In this document: positions 30,008 through 39,773 of the stretch, piece by piece | Position numbering within the stretch: the first letter of the stretch is position 1 | Layout: the number at the start of each line of letters is the position of its first letter | Assembly: GCA_041752695.1 (NCBI GenBank) | Contig: JBGSVZ010000085.1 | Span: 64,001-128,000, forward strand | Length of the DNA: 64,000 nt | Reading direction: 5' to 3' | DNA from: Terrimicrobiaceae bacterium | GTDB lineage: Bacteria > Verrucomicrobiota > Verrucomicrobiia > Chthoniobacterales > Terrimicrobiaceae | The notes under the pieces: generated by a model | Database searches by the model: none | What the model saw: only the letters and a program-made list of their open reading frames with translations | Told to the model about the DNA's origin: nothing | Made by a program: the position numbers and the translations under genes

Positions 30008-30754
30008 ATGCACAAACTCGTATTGATTCGTCACGGCGAAAGCACGTGGAACAAAGAAAATCGCTTCACCGGCTGGACCGACGTGGAACTTTCCGACAAG
30101 GGGCGCGAAGAAGGCGCCGCCGCCGGCAAACTCATGAAGGCCGAAGGCTACACGTTCGACGTGGCGTATGTCTCCGTGCTGCGCCGCGCGCTCAACACCC
30201 TCTGGCTTGCCCTGAGCGAGATGGATCTTCTCTGGATTCCCATGGAAAAATCCTGGCGTCTCAACGAGCGGCATTACGGGGCGCTCCAGGGCCTCAACAA
30301 GGCCGAAACCGCTGCCAAATACGGCGACGAGCAGGTCCTCGTCTGGCGCCGCAGCTACGACATTCCTCCGCCTCCCTTGGAGAAAACCGACGAGCGCTAT
30401 CCGGGAAACGATCCGCGTTACAAGGACGTTCCCGAAGCTGAACTTCCCCTCACTGAGTGTCTCGAGGACACCGTCGCGCGTTTTCTCCCGCTCTGGCATG
30501 AGACGATTGCCCCGGTCGTCCGTTCCGGCAAAAAGGTCATCATCGCGGCCCACGGCAACAGCCTGCGAGCCCTTGTAAAATACCTCGACCAGCTCACCGA
30601 GGAGCAGGTTCTGGGCCTCAACATTCCCACCGGCGTTCCTCTCGTTTACGAGTTGGACGAGGAATTGAAACCGATCCGTCATTATTATCTCGGCGACCAG
30701 AGCGCCATCGAAGCCGCCATGCATGCGGTGGCGAATCAGGGCAAGGCCAAATAA
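30008..30754 (+). CDS. gpmA: 2,3-bisphosphoglycerate-dependent phosphoglycerate mutase
   Basis: [31 protein letters not shown]. Confidence 0.98.
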   Translation: MHKLVLIRHGESTWNKENRFTGWTDVELSDKGREEGAAAGKLMKAEGYTFDVAYVSVLRRALNTLWLALSEMDLLWIPMEKSWRLNERHYGALQGLNKAETAAKYGDEQVLVWRRSYDIPPPPLEKTDERYPGNDPRYKDVPEAELPLTECLEDTVARFLPLWHETIAPVVRSGKKVIIAAHGNSLRALVKYLDQLTEEQVLGLNIPTGVPLVYELDEELKPIRHYYLGDQSAIEAAMHAVANQGKAK

Positions 30755-30761
30755 ACTTCAA

Positions 30762-30791
30762 GCGGGACGCAGCGCCCCTGCGTCCCGTTTT
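30762..30791 (+). terminator. Probable intrinsic terminator after gpmA
   Basis: 11-bp stem gcgggacgcag/ctgcgtcccgt, 5-nt loop, short T tail. Confidence 0.65.
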
Positions 30792-30800
30792 CCCTGGCCC

Positions 30801-31256
30801 ATGTGCAATCGTTTCCGATCCGTCGTCGGCAAGGAATGGAAACCGGGGGACGCGCTGCCCCTGGAATTTCTCGATGGCACCCCGGCGGAAGGTGTCTGGG
30901 CCGGTTTTGCCACGCGGGAAAAATTGCGCTGGTGGCTCCGCCAGCCGGGAAACCAACTCGCGCAAAGTGAACTTGTCGAATCTTTTGCCGAGCGCACGGA
31001 TGATTCCGGCGACATCATCTGGGGCCCCGTCTCCCCGGCCACACATTTTCTTTTTGTTGTCCAGCCGCCGCTGCCCGGAAAGTCCTACCAGCTGGCGCGC
31101 ATGATTACCGACGAGGCCAATCCGGAACAGGCCACGTATTTCCGGCACGGCCGTATCCCGCTTTTCGGCACATTGTCTTCAGAAGGCGACATTGTGGAAG
31201 TTTCCCAGGATGCTCTTCCCCCGCCGCCCCCGAAGGCGCAAGGGGAGCTTTTCTGA
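30801..31256 (+). CDS. Compact, divergent SRAP/YedK-like protein (151 aa)
   Basis: Starts MCNRF; FAER; MITDEAN; RHGRIP; ends PPPPPKAQGELF. Confidence 0.65.
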   Translation: MCNRFRSVVGKEWKPGDALPLEFLDGTPAEGVWAGFATREKLRWWLRQPGNQLAQSELVESFAERTDDSGDIIWGPVSPATHFLFVVQPPLPGKSYQLARMITDEANPEQATYFRHGRIPLFGTLSSEGDIVEVSQDALPPPPPKAQGELF

Positions 31257-31313
31257 CCTCGCGGACGGAAGGAATACGTCCGGGGTATCCATGACCCGCG
31301 AATAGGGGATGTC

Positions 31314-31793
31314 ATGAAAACATCCACCTTCCTTACCCTCGGCGGAGCACTCGCCATCTGCCTTTCTGCGTGCGAAGAAAAAAAATCGCCCGTTGTGGAA
31401 AAACCCACCGCCGTTACCTCGAATCTTGAGACCACCCGGCTCGGCACCGCCATCGACGGCTACATCGCCACCCCCAGCGATGCCCAGGCCGCCGAGGTGG
31501 AAAAGGCCTTCGCCGAAATTGACGGCGAAATTGCGGAACTGGATCAGAAGATCGCACGCGCAACCGGAGCCGATCTCACCGAAGCCCAGACCAAGGCCGG
31601 CAATCTTCGCACCTATCGCGACAAGGAAAAACTCCGCTACACGGAAGCCCAGGCCCGCGCCAAAACCAATGCCGCGGTGCGCTCGACGGAAGACACCGCG
31701 GAAAAGATCGGGGATAGCGTGAAAAACGCCGCCGAGGCCGTCAAGGACGGTGTGAACAATGCGGTCGATACCGTGAAAGAGAAGCTGGACTGA
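31314..31793 (+). CDS. Putative helical lipoprotein
   Basis: Lipobox LSAC; Ala/Lys/Glu-rich coiled coil. Confidence 0.75.
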   Translation: MKTSTFLTLGGALAICLSACEEKKSPVVEKPTAVTSNLETTRLGTAIDGYIATPSDAQAAEVEKAFAEIDGEIAELDQKIARATGADLTEAQTKAGNLRTYRDKEKLRYTEAQARAKTNAAVRSTEDTAEKIGDSVKNAAEAVKDGVNNAVDTVKEKLD

Positions 31794-31814
31794 TGGCCGC
31801 AGGGGGGGCGGCGG

Positions 31815-32582
31815 TTAGACGAACTCCAGCGCCGGCGTTCTCTCGATCAGCCCGTGCCGTTCGGCGAGGGTGACGAACCACGAAATCGCATCGCGCTCGG
31901 GCTGGCCGACATCGTAGCGGATTTGCCGGTTGAGATAGTCCCGCGCAAATTCCGGATGACTCTCGCCGACGGCAATCTGTTCCCGGGCGGCCAGTCCGAG
32001 GCGTTTGCTCTCGCGCAAAGCTCCGGCAATCTGCGGGGCGTTTTCCAATCCCGCCCTGACCGCCCAGACGGCAAAAACAAAGGGCAGACCGGTGTGCGCC
32101 TGCCAAAGCTCCCCCAAATCCTGGCAGAGCCACCCGGGAGGCAGCTCGCGATGGAAGGCGATGGCGGGATCGCCGATCAGCAGCCGCGCAGCATCTTCCG
32201 GCGGCGGGCCCTCACAAACCCGGAGGTGCGGATGGTACTCCGCAATCAGCACCCGCAGCAGCGCGGCCGAGGTACGGGAGGAGGGATCCAGGTAAATTTC
32301 CCCGCAATCCGCGAAGAGTTTCCGACTGACCACAATGACACTGTACACCTCACCCCGGCAGGCGATGGCCACATCATCCACGACGAGGCCGCCCCCGTGG
32401 TGGAGCACTTCAAAGATGGGCAGCAAGGCGACATCCAGGCGGCCGTCATAAAAGGCGTCGGCAAGCCGGGCGGGCACGTCCAGCACCACGTCCGCGGGGT
32501 CCAGCGGCCAGATGAGGGGCTTAGTGTTCAGGTACGAAACCGCCCCAATCCGCAGACCCGCCAGCGAGGCCAGCGCGTTCAA
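31815..32582 (-). CDS. mqnA: Chorismate dehydratase (futalosine menaquinone pathway)
   Basis: VSYLNTKPL, SSRTS, LLIGDPA, DLGELW...TGLPFVFAVW. Confidence 0.9.
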   Translation of the reverse strand: MNALASLAGLRIGAVSYLNTKPLIWPLDPADVVLDVPARLADAFYDGRLDVALLPIFEVLHHGGGLVVDDVAIACRGEVYSVIVVSRKLFADCGEIYLDPSSRTSAALLRVLIAEYHPHLRVCEGPPPEDAARLLIGDPAIAFHRELPPGWLCQDLGELWQAHTGLPFVFAVWAVRAGLENAPQIAGALRESKRLGLAAREQIAVGESHPEFARDYLNRQIRYDVGQPERDAISWFVTLAERHGLIERTPALEFV

Positions 32583-33721
32583 GCGGCGACCAGCCCCGGG
32601 GCGTCCACAGGCATGGTGCTCGCGATCCGCTCGTAATAACTATTCCGCTGCATCGGCATCCGGCCCGCTTCGCGGATGGCTTTTTCCAGGGCCTCCACCG
32701 TTTGCTGCTGGGGAGTCTTCGCCCCCGCCATGTGGAAGATTTTTTCCTCGATGATCGTGCCGTGCAGATCGTCCACGCCATAGTTGAGCGACAACTGCGC
32801 CGTGGGCAGCCCGAGGCTGATCCAATAGGCGGTGATGTGCGGGATGTTATCGAGATAGATGCGACTGATCGCCAGATTGCGCAGCTCTTCGTACGCCGTG
32901 GCGTGCGGAATGCCCTGGAGCACCGGCCGCGCCCCACCAGGCTCGAAGGCAAAGGGAATAAATCCGGTGAACCCCCCCGTATCATCCTGAATCTCCCGCA
33001 GGCGCCGGAGGTGATCAATGCGGTGGTGATCCTTTTCGATATGGCCGTAAAGCATAGTGCAGGTGCTGTGCTCGCCCATCTGATGCCAAGTGCGATGAAC
33101 TTCCGCCCATTCCTCGGCCGTCTCCTTGCCGCGACAGATCTGATCCCGGATCTGCTGATCAAAAATCTCCGCACCGCCCCCCGTGATGGCCCCCAGCCCG
33201 TGGTCGCGCAAAAGCTCCAGGGTGTCCCGCAGGGGCATGCGAAAAACTCGCTCGGCCAGGTGACGAATCTCCACCGCCGTAAACGCCTTGATGATCAGAT
33301 CCTGGTCCAACGCCCGGAGGTCCCGAAGCAACTCCAGATACCATTCCTTTTTCAGCGTCGGGTGCAGCCCACCCACCATATGAATTTCCGTGATCCCTTG
33401 CTTGAGGGCCTCCCTCACCGCTTCAACAATCTCTGGAGCCGCCAGCTCGAAGGCATGATCCTCCCGCTTTTTCGCCCCGAAGGCGCAAAACTGGCAGGTA
33501 AGCAGGCAGACGTTGGAATAATTGACGTACCGATTGTGGATGAAGGTGGCGACATTGCCATTGAGCCGCTCGCGCAGGACGTTGGCAATGGTGCCAATCC
33601 CATTGAGGTCGCGGGACCGGTAAAGTGCCAGACCATCCTCGTCGGAAATACGAACCCCCGCTTCCACTTTTTCACAAATGGGACGCAATTCAGGGGCCAG
33701 AAGGCGCGGGTTTACGGACAT
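32579..33721 (-). CDS. mqnE: Aminofutalosine synthase (radical SAM)
   Basis: CLLTCQFC, HMVGGLHP, IKAFTAVEI, GGGAEIF, EEKIFHMAGA; coupled to mqnA. Confidence 0.88.
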   Translation of the reverse strand: MSVNPRLLAPELRPICEKVEAGVRISDEDGLALYRSRDLNGIGTIANVLRERLNGNVATFIHNRYVNYSNVCLLTCQFCAFGAKKREDHAFELAAPEIVEAVREALKQGITEIHMVGGLHPTLKKEWYLELLRDLRALDQDLIIKAFTAVEIRHLAERVFRMPLRDTLELLRDHGLGAITGGGAEIFDQQIRDQICRGKETAEEWAEVHRTWHQMGEHSTCTMLYGHIEKDHHRIDHLRRLREIQDDTGGFTGFIPFAFEPGGARPVLQGIPHATAYEELRNLAISRIYLDNIPHITAYWISLGLPTAQLSLNYGVDDLHGTIIEEKIFHMAGAKTPQQQTVEALEKAIREAGRMPMQRNSYYERIASTMPVDAPGLVAA

Positions 33722-33801
33722 AAGTTTCGTTAATATATCACAACTTCCCGGGTTGCGACGCAAGATTTTGTCGGGCCCGCGGCGCGGCGTCAGAATCTTC
33801 G

Positions 33802-34452
33802 CTACCGCAACGCCGCGATCTCCGTGGCCGCATCATCGGCTTTAAAAACCGACGTGCCGGCGACCATCACATTGGCACCCGCCTCCCGGGCCACCCTGGC
33901 CGTGGCGACCGTGATGCCCCCATCGACCTCAATGTGAAAATTCAGCCCACGCTCCGTGCGCCATTTATCCCCGACCCGCACTTTTCCCATCGTTTCCGGA
34001 AGAAACGGCTGCCCGCCAAAACCGGGGTTGACCGTCATGACGAGCAGGATGTCGAACATTCCGAGATACGGCTCGACCCGTTCGATCGGCGTCGGCGGGC
34101 TCACCGCCAGTCCCGCCAGACACCCGGCCGCGCGGATGGCGCCAAGGGTTTTGGCCACATCATGATCGGCTTCAACGTGAACGGAGATGGAGCCGGCAAA
34201 TTTCGTGAAGCGCGGGAAAAAATGGTCGGGCCGGGTGATCATCAAATGGACATCGAGCGGGAGGGTGGTGTGGCGCGAGGCCGCCTCCACCAGGGCGGGG
34301 CCAAAGGAGATGTTGTCGACAAAATGGCCGTCCATCACATCGCAATGGATCCAGTCGCCGCCCGCGGCAGTCACGCGTTCCACCTCCGCACCAAGGCGGC
34401 TGAAATCACTGGCGAGAATCGATGGGGCGATGAGAGTTTTGCGGAAGTCCAC
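33802..34452 (-). CDS. rpe: Ribulose-phosphate 3-epimerase
   Basis: IAPSILASDF, HCDVMDGHFV, DVHLM, MTVNPGFGGQ, EVDGGI. Confidence 0.97.
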   Translation of the reverse strand: MDFRKTLIAPSILASDFSRLGAEVERVTAAGGDWIHCDVMDGHFVDNISFGPALVEAASRHTTLPLDVHLMITRPDHFFPRFTKFAGSISVHVEADHDVAKTLGAIRAAGCLAGLAVSPPTPIERVEPYLGMFDILLVMTVNPGFGGQPFLPETMGKVRVGDKWRTERGLNFHIEVDGGITVATARVAREAGANVMVAGTSVFKADDAATEIAALR

Positions 34453-34465
34453 AGAGAGATTTTTT

Positions 34466-34530
34466 AGCCCGGGATCGAGAGGTTGGCCACGGATTATTTT
34501 TTATCCGTGCCATCCGCCTCATCCGCGGCT
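34466..34530. repeat. ATCCG-core periodic palindrome between divergent rpe and tadA
   Basis: Right arm atccgtgcc-atccgcctc-atccgcggct (34503-34530); degenerate complementary left arm 34466-34494. Confidence 0.75.
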
Positions 34531-34541
34531 CTTCTTCCGGT

Positions 34542-35000
34542 ATGGAGTTGGTCAGTGACGAATATTTCATGGGGGAGGCCCTCCGTCTCGCGCGCAAGGC
34601 GTTCAACGCCGAAGAAGTGCCCGTCGGCGCGGTGATTGTGCGCGAGGGGCGGATCATTGCCCGAGCGTGGAATCAGGTGGAAATGCTCAAGGATGCCACC
34701 GCCCACGCCGAGATGCTCGCCATCACCCAAGCCGAGGCCGCGGTGGAGGACTGGCGGCTGACAGACTGCGACCTTTACGTCACGAAGGAACCCTGCCCGA
34801 TGTGTGCCGGCGCCATCGTGCATGCGCGCCTGCGGCGGGTGATTTTTGGCTGCCCGGACGCCAAGGGCGGAGCCGCCGGCGGACTGCTTAACATCCTCCA
34901 GATGCCGCAGCTCAACCACCGCTGCGAGATCACGCCCGGCGTCCTCGGCGCGGAAAGCGCGGGGATATTGCGGGAGTTTTTTCTGGCCCGGCGGGGTTAG
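34542..35000 (+). CDS. tadA: tRNA adenosine(34) deaminase
   Basis: EVPVGAV, TAHAEMLA, EPCPMCAGA. Confidence 0.93.
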   Translation: MELVSDEYFMGEALRLARKAFNAEEVPVGAVIVREGRIIARAWNQVEMLKDATAHAEMLAITQAEAAVEDWRLTDCDLYVTKEPCPMCAGAIVHARLRRVIFGCPDAKGGAAGGLLNILQMPQLNHRCEITPGVLGAESAGILREFFLARRG

Positions 35001-37027
35001 ACAGCTTCGTGGACGACCACCATCTGGTGGCAGGAAAATTTCTCCACCACAAAGTCCACCACGCCGCCATTCTGCGTAAAGGGAATCTCGAAGCCCTGTG
35101 GCTCGAGGGTGACCTGACTCACCGAGGGCTGGTAACGCAGGGTGATCTGCGTGTCACAGAGGGGCAAAAGCTCTTCGATGACTTCAATGGAAAGTCCGTT
35201 GGCCGCCACGGTTCCCCCGGAAAGATTCATCGCCCCGCCGCGACTGATGGTATTCGCGTAGAGGAGGTGAAGCACCCGCCGGTTTTCCGTAGCCTGGTGG
35301 TTGAACGCGACCCGGGCCGTGGAGGGCAGAGTGGTCGTGACGGTTGGCTGATGGTCCAGCAGGGAGGCGATGACCCGGGTGATGTACTCCCGGTAAGCCA
35401 CCGCGCCATACGTGCGATAAAGCGAGAAAACCGGGTGGGCTAGGCAGACGATATTGCCCGCGCGTACACCGCACGCAAAGCCCGAGGGGCGCGGCTGAAA
35501 CGGGGTGTGTTGGTGGCTGCAGAAGTGCTGGAACGTGCGGTTGAAATAGGGATCAAAGACCTCTCCCAAAGATTCCCCGGTGGTCGCCCGCAGCCGCTGC
35601 GACCGCAGGTACATCACAACGGGACTGGACGTAAACTCCGCCCGGTAGGCGTCTTGGGGCAGGATGTAGTCGGGGCAAAATTCACTCGGTCCCTCGTGGT
35701 CCGCGCCGATCGCCAAGGCGTACCCGGTCCCGCCCGCACGCAGACCGCTCTCCCCGGTGAGGAGAAGCCGTCCGCCCTGCGCCAGATAGGCGTCGAGCAG
35801 CGTTCGGAGCTCGTCGTCGATCCGGATGTTGTCCGGCAGAATCAGCAGTCGAAAACGCGAAAGATCCGCGGTGCGGTCAATCAGCTCAAAAAGAAAATGC
35901 CCCTCCAGCAGCGCACGGGAGGCTCCTTCGTCCGCCGCGTTATCGCGATGGGAATGGTTTTCCGCCTCACTGGACAAAACGCCAATGTCGGAAATGGGAC
36001 GGGCGTCGATGCACCAGGGTTCCCTCGCCTCGACCTCGCGATACGCCGCCCCGATCGATTGGTACGTCGAGGGGTCGAGAGCACCGTCCGGGTGAAGTTG
36101 GTCGCCGATGCTGCACTTGGCATTGAAGGCGATCATGGCCGCGCATTCGTAGCGCAAGGCATTGGGATGTTTTTGGCCGCCAAACTCGCCCCAGGTGGTG
36201 TGGAATTTTCCGGTCATGCCCAGAAAATCCAGACCAAGATTCACGGCGTATTTGGCCGACATGGGAAAATGGTCATACCCCCAGCCGCCGGTGGGCAGGG
36301 ACTCCAACTCGAGGTGACTGAAGAATTTCCAGAGGTCGCGCTTGCCCCGGGGAATGTGGCCGGAGTTGTGGAAGATGGGCATATCCGGATCGAGAATTTT
36401 GGCCGCTGCGGTCGTGCGCTCGAAATATCGCAGCAGGGCCGCATCCGCCGCCTGCTGACGATGGGCCGGATTTGCCGCATCCAGGCCCTCGGCGGCGAGA
36501 TACTCCATCCTCCACTTCGAACACCCGGGGGATTGGGCAATGATGTCCAAAAAGATGCCGTCGCAATCCGGGAAAAGCCGGACCACCTCCTCAATCTGGG
36601 TGCAAAGCAAATCGAGATAGGGACTGAAAAAATCCATCATGAAAAACCCCGGCTGGAGGGGAGATTTGACCCACCCCCCGTAGGTTCCCTCGGCGTCGAC
36701 TTCCCGCCAATCAGGATGTTCGGCCCCGGCCACATTATCCACGCCGGCGGAGAGGTAAATCGGCGCTGCGACGCCGATCTCCTTGCAGGCGTCGTATTGG
36801 GCCCGCAGCAGGTCAAAGTTCAGATGGGGGTGAAGTTTTCCGACCTGCGTCGGGTGATAACTCCAGCCATGATGGCACTTGGAAAAGAGCGTGATCGAAT
36901 TGACACGGGCTTCGTGCAGGGTTTCCTGCCAGCGGGCCTTGTCGAAGTTCTCCCCAATCCCCGGGATCTGGGGGGAAGTGTGGAAGTCGAGGTGAACCTG
37001 ACGGAAGGGGAGACGGCGGGGTTTCAT
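34997..37027 (-). CDS. Putative glycoside hydrolase (GHL6/alpha-L-fucosidase-like barrel + beta-galactosidase trimerization-like domain)
   Basis: RQVHLDFHTS, FSKCHHGWSY, DGIFLDI, HLELESLPTGGWGYDHF, GMTGKFHTTWGEFGG; no signal peptide. Confidence 0.8.
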   Translation of the reverse strand: MKPRRLPFRQVHLDFHTSPQIPGIGENFDKARWQETLHEARVNSITLFSKCHHGWSYHPTQVGKLHPHLNFDLLRAQYDACKEIGVAAPIYLSAGVDNVAGAEHPDWREVDAEGTYGGWVKSPLQPGFFMMDFFSPYLDLLCTQIEEVVRLFPDCDGIFLDIIAQSPGCSKWRMEYLAAEGLDAANPAHRQQAADAALLRYFERTTAAAKILDPDMPIFHNSGHIPRGKRDLWKFFSHLELESLPTGGWGYDHFPMSAKYAVNLGLDFLGMTGKFHTTWGEFGGQKHPNALRYECAAMIAFNAKCSIGDQLHPDGALDPSTYQSIGAAYREVEAREPWCIDARPISDIGVLSSEAENHSHRDNAADEGASRALLEGHFLFELIDRTADLSRFRLLILPDNIRIDDELRTLLDAYLAQGGRLLLTGESGLRAGGTGYALAIGADHEGPSEFCPDYILPQDAYRAEFTSSPVVMYLRSQRLRATTGESLGEVFDPYFNRTFQHFCSHQHTPFQPRPSGFACGVRAGNIVCLAHPVFSLYRTYGAVAYREYITRVIASLLDHQPTVTTTLPSTARVAFNHQATENRRVLHLLYANTISRGGAMNLSGGTVAANGLSIEVIEELLPLCDTQITLRYQPSVSQVTLEPQGFEIPFTQNGGVVDFVVEKFSCHQMVVVHEAV

Positions 37028-37098
37028 GAGCCCATGAGATGAAATTTTGCCTCGAATGGCTATAGATCGTGGCGACAAAAATATGTAAAATTCCGCGC

Positions 37099-37965
37099 AT
37101 GCACATTGGGAACACTCCCCAGACCCCGGCGGAAAAAGCGATTCAAAAGCTGAGAGTTTCGGTTTTGGAATCCCGTTCGATTTGGCTGGTCGACGACTGG
37201 CACCTCGACCTTTGTAGCCCCTTCTGGCGCTTGTATGTAAATAGCAGTTCTGGAGCCTGGCTCACCCACAAGGGTCGAAAATTGTTGCTGGAAAGTGGAG
37301 AGCTCTGGCTGATTCCGGCCTGGGTGCGGTTTCAAACCGGGGTGGCAGGGACCGTGAGGCAGGACTACCTGCATTTTGACGTGCGCGGGATTCCTGCGAC
37401 ATTTTTCCAACGAATTTTCGACCGCCCGATCCGATTACGTGCTTCAGGCTGCCTGCGGGCCTTAGGCGAGGAATGGCTGGCGGGCGTGGGTTTTCCGCAA
37501 CTGTGCTGGGCGACGTCGCTGGCCCATGCCGCATTTGCCAACGTGGTGGAGGACTGGCTGGACTCACGGTTGGAGGGCGAACTCCCCTGGCAGGAACAGG
37601 AGGAAGGTCTGCGTAAGGCGATCGAGGCGCTGGAGACACGCCTGAGCGAGCCGCCGACCAACCGCGAACTCGCCCGACTTTGCGGAAGCAGTGAAGACCA
37701 TTTCATTCGGCGCTTTCGTCAGACTACGGGAATGACGCCCGCAAGCTACGGACGCGCCCGCCGGGTCGCCATCGCGGCGGAATGGCTCACCTCCACGAGC
37801 CGCACGGTCGAAGATATCGCCGCGGCCGCGGGTTTCACCGACCGTTTCCATTTTTCAAGGGTGTTCAAGGACCGGTTCGGACAGGCCCCCGGGGCCTACC
37901 GAACGATGCACCGCCGCGAACTGGCCGCGTTGGTTGGAGGCCGAACCTCCGCAGAGGCAAGGTAG
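37099..37965 (+). CDS. AraC-family transcriptional regulator
   Basis: C-terminal HFIRRFRQTTGMTP...IAAAAGFTDRFHFSRVFK...PGAYR. Confidence 0.92.
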   Translation: MHIGNTPQTPAEKAIQKLRVSVLESRSIWLVDDWHLDLCSPFWRLYVNSSSGAWLTHKGRKLLLESGELWLIPAWVRFQTGVAGTVRQDYLHFDVRGIPATFFQRIFDRPIRLRASGCLRALGEEWLAGVGFPQLCWATSLAHAAFANVVEDWLDSRLEGELPWQEQEEGLRKAIEALETRLSEPPTNRELARLCGSSEDHFIRRFRQTTGMTPASYGRARRVAIAAEWLTSTSRTVEDIAAAAGFTDRFHFSRVFKDRFGQAPGAYRTMHRRELAALVGGRTSAEAR

Positions 37966-37996
37966 ATTCCAAAACCGTGTGCTTCAGCGCCAATGA

Positions 37997-38836
37997 CTAA
38001 ATCCCGGGAACAACGCGCTTCGACGCCTGACGACGCCAGACGTCCGGCGTCACGCCGACAATGCGGGCAAAGACACGATAAAAATGGGCGAGATTGTTAT
38101 AACCCGCGGCGAAGGCAACGGTCGTGATCTTTTCGTCCCTCGTCTGCAGGAGCAATTGCGCGTGCCCGATCCGGGCGCGGTTGACTAACTCGCTGAGAGG
38201 AACGCCGTAAAAACGGCGGCAGGAACGGGCCAGGTGCTCGGGGCTGCGGCCGCTGCGTTTTTGCCAGAAGGCGAGATTTTGTTCCATCCACTCGGGCCTT
38301 TGCAGGTCGCGATGCAGCAACTCCAGCCAGGGCGGAGGAACTTCGGGTGAGGTGGGTTTCGGAGTGGCACCCTGAATGGCGCAAACCCACGCGGCGATCA
38401 ACGCGTCCACTTCCCGGTTTGGTTCCATCAGACGGAACATCAACTGACGCAATCTTTTTTGCATATCGCGCTCCACCAAAAAATGTCCGGGCGGATGGCC
38501 TGCCGACTGCCAGCCGGTCGGAAGATCAAGCACCACCGTCAGATTCTTGATCCAGCGGGACGAGACAGCGACATTGACAAAATCGAGACTTTCCCGCGGA
38601 CCGGTGCTGAAGTTGTGCGCATCTTCCGGCTGCACAAACACAAGGTGTCCGGCCCGAAGCGGGATCTCGACCCCTCCGCGCTTGTGCCAGCCCGTACCTT
38701 CGAGGATGAGAAACATCTCATGAAAATCGTGCCGATGTTCCCTCGTGACGACACGGGGAGCAAGCCGGGTCACTGCGGTATGGCAAAGCCCTTGTTTGCC
38801 GCACAGTTCGCTCCATCGAAGTCGCTTAATCAACAC
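37997..38836 (-). CDS. AraC-family regulator with cupin sensor
   Basis: HRHDFHE cupin; SPEHLAR...VAFAAGYNNLAHFYRVF. Confidence 0.92.
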   Translation of the reverse strand: MLIKRLRWSELCGKQGLCHTAVTRLAPRVVTREHRHDFHEMFLILEGTGWHKRGGVEIPLRAGHLVFVQPEDAHNFSTGPRESLDFVNVAVSSRWIKNLTVVLDLPTGWQSAGHPPGHFLVERDMQKRLRQLMFRLMEPNREVDALIAAWVCAIQGATPKPTSPEVPPPWLELLHRDLQRPEWMEQNLAFWQKRSGRSPEHLARSCRRFYGVPLSELVNRARIGHAQLLLQTRDEKITTVAFAAGYNNLAHFYRVFARIVGVTPDVWRRQASKRVVPGI

Positions 38837-38897
38837 AGTATAGCCTTATGTCAATCCTGGCGAAGCTGCAACTCTTGGATTGTGCCACGGTCATTCC

Positions 38898-39725
38898 ATG
38901 AACACCTCCTTAGACTGCCGCCTATCCCCCGCCGAGATCGAACACTACCACCGCGAAGGTTTCACCGTTTTCAACCGTCCCGTTCTGCCCGTCGAAAAAT
39001 TCTCCGGCTTGCGGGATTGTTTCGAGCGCATCCTCTCCCGTCTGCCCGCCGCAGAACGGCCGGAATCCATGGACGTTCCGCATTTCCTGCATCCCGAATT
39101 ACTGGAGTGGGTGTTCGATGACGCCATCCTTGATTTGGTCGAGCCCATTGTGGGACCCGACATCGCCCTTTTCTCCACCCATTTCATTTGCAAGCCGAAA
39201 GGCAACGGCAAGCGAGTGCCCTGGCATGAAGACTCTGCGTATTGGAAAGGTCTGATCGACCCCATGGAAGTTTGCACAGTCTGGTTGGCGATCGATCCCT
39301 CCACCCGGGAGAACGGCTGTATGATGGTCATCCCACAGACCCACCGTCTGGGACAAAAGGGGTTTTCCGACTACGACGCGGTTGATCCCGCCCAGAACGT
39401 TTTCCCGACGGAAATCACAAAAAGCCAGCGGGACGAAACGCGACGGGTCTGCATTGAACTCCAACCGAACGAGTGCTCCCTGCACGACGCCCGCATCATG
39501 CACGGTTCGGAGCCAAATACTTCGGCAATCAGGCGCTGCGGCTACACGATGCGTTTCGCTTCCGCCGCTGTGAAATTTAACGAAGCGCGATTCGATGGAA
39601 TGCATCAAGTGTATTTGGCGCGCGGACAGGATCGCGGTGGCAATATCTATGCAGACCCGACGCTCCCTTACCCTGAGCTAATGAACCGACGCAGCCAGTC
39701 TGGGCGCCACAAAAATTCTCATTGA
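38898..39725 (+). CDS. Phytanoyl-CoA dioxygenase family Fe(II)/2OG oxygenase
   Basis: PWHED (HxD), WLAID, ENGCM, MHGSEPN...RR. Confidence 0.9.
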   Translation: MNTSLDCRLSPAEIEHYHREGFTVFNRPVLPVEKFSGLRDCFERILSRLPAAERPESMDVPHFLHPELLEWVFDDAILDLVEPIVGPDIALFSTHFICKPKGNGKRVPWHEDSAYWKGLIDPMEVCTVWLAIDPSTRENGCMMVIPQTHRLGQKGFSDYDAVDPAQNVFPTEITKSQRDETRRVCIELQPNECSLHDARIMHGSEPNTSAIRRCGYTMRFASAAVKFNEARFDGMHQVYLARGQDRGGNIYADPTLPYPELMNRRSQSGRHKNSH

Positions 39726-39773
39726 GGGGCCGTGGTAGCGGAAGACGTCGGTTTTCCGCCAACGCATCACTCC

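Noticed and set aside
31294..31308. ACCC-N7-GGGG upstream of the lipoprotein as a third LuxR operator
   Set aside because: Imperfect, overlaps the probable ribosome-binding site, and such matches arise easily in GC-rich DNA
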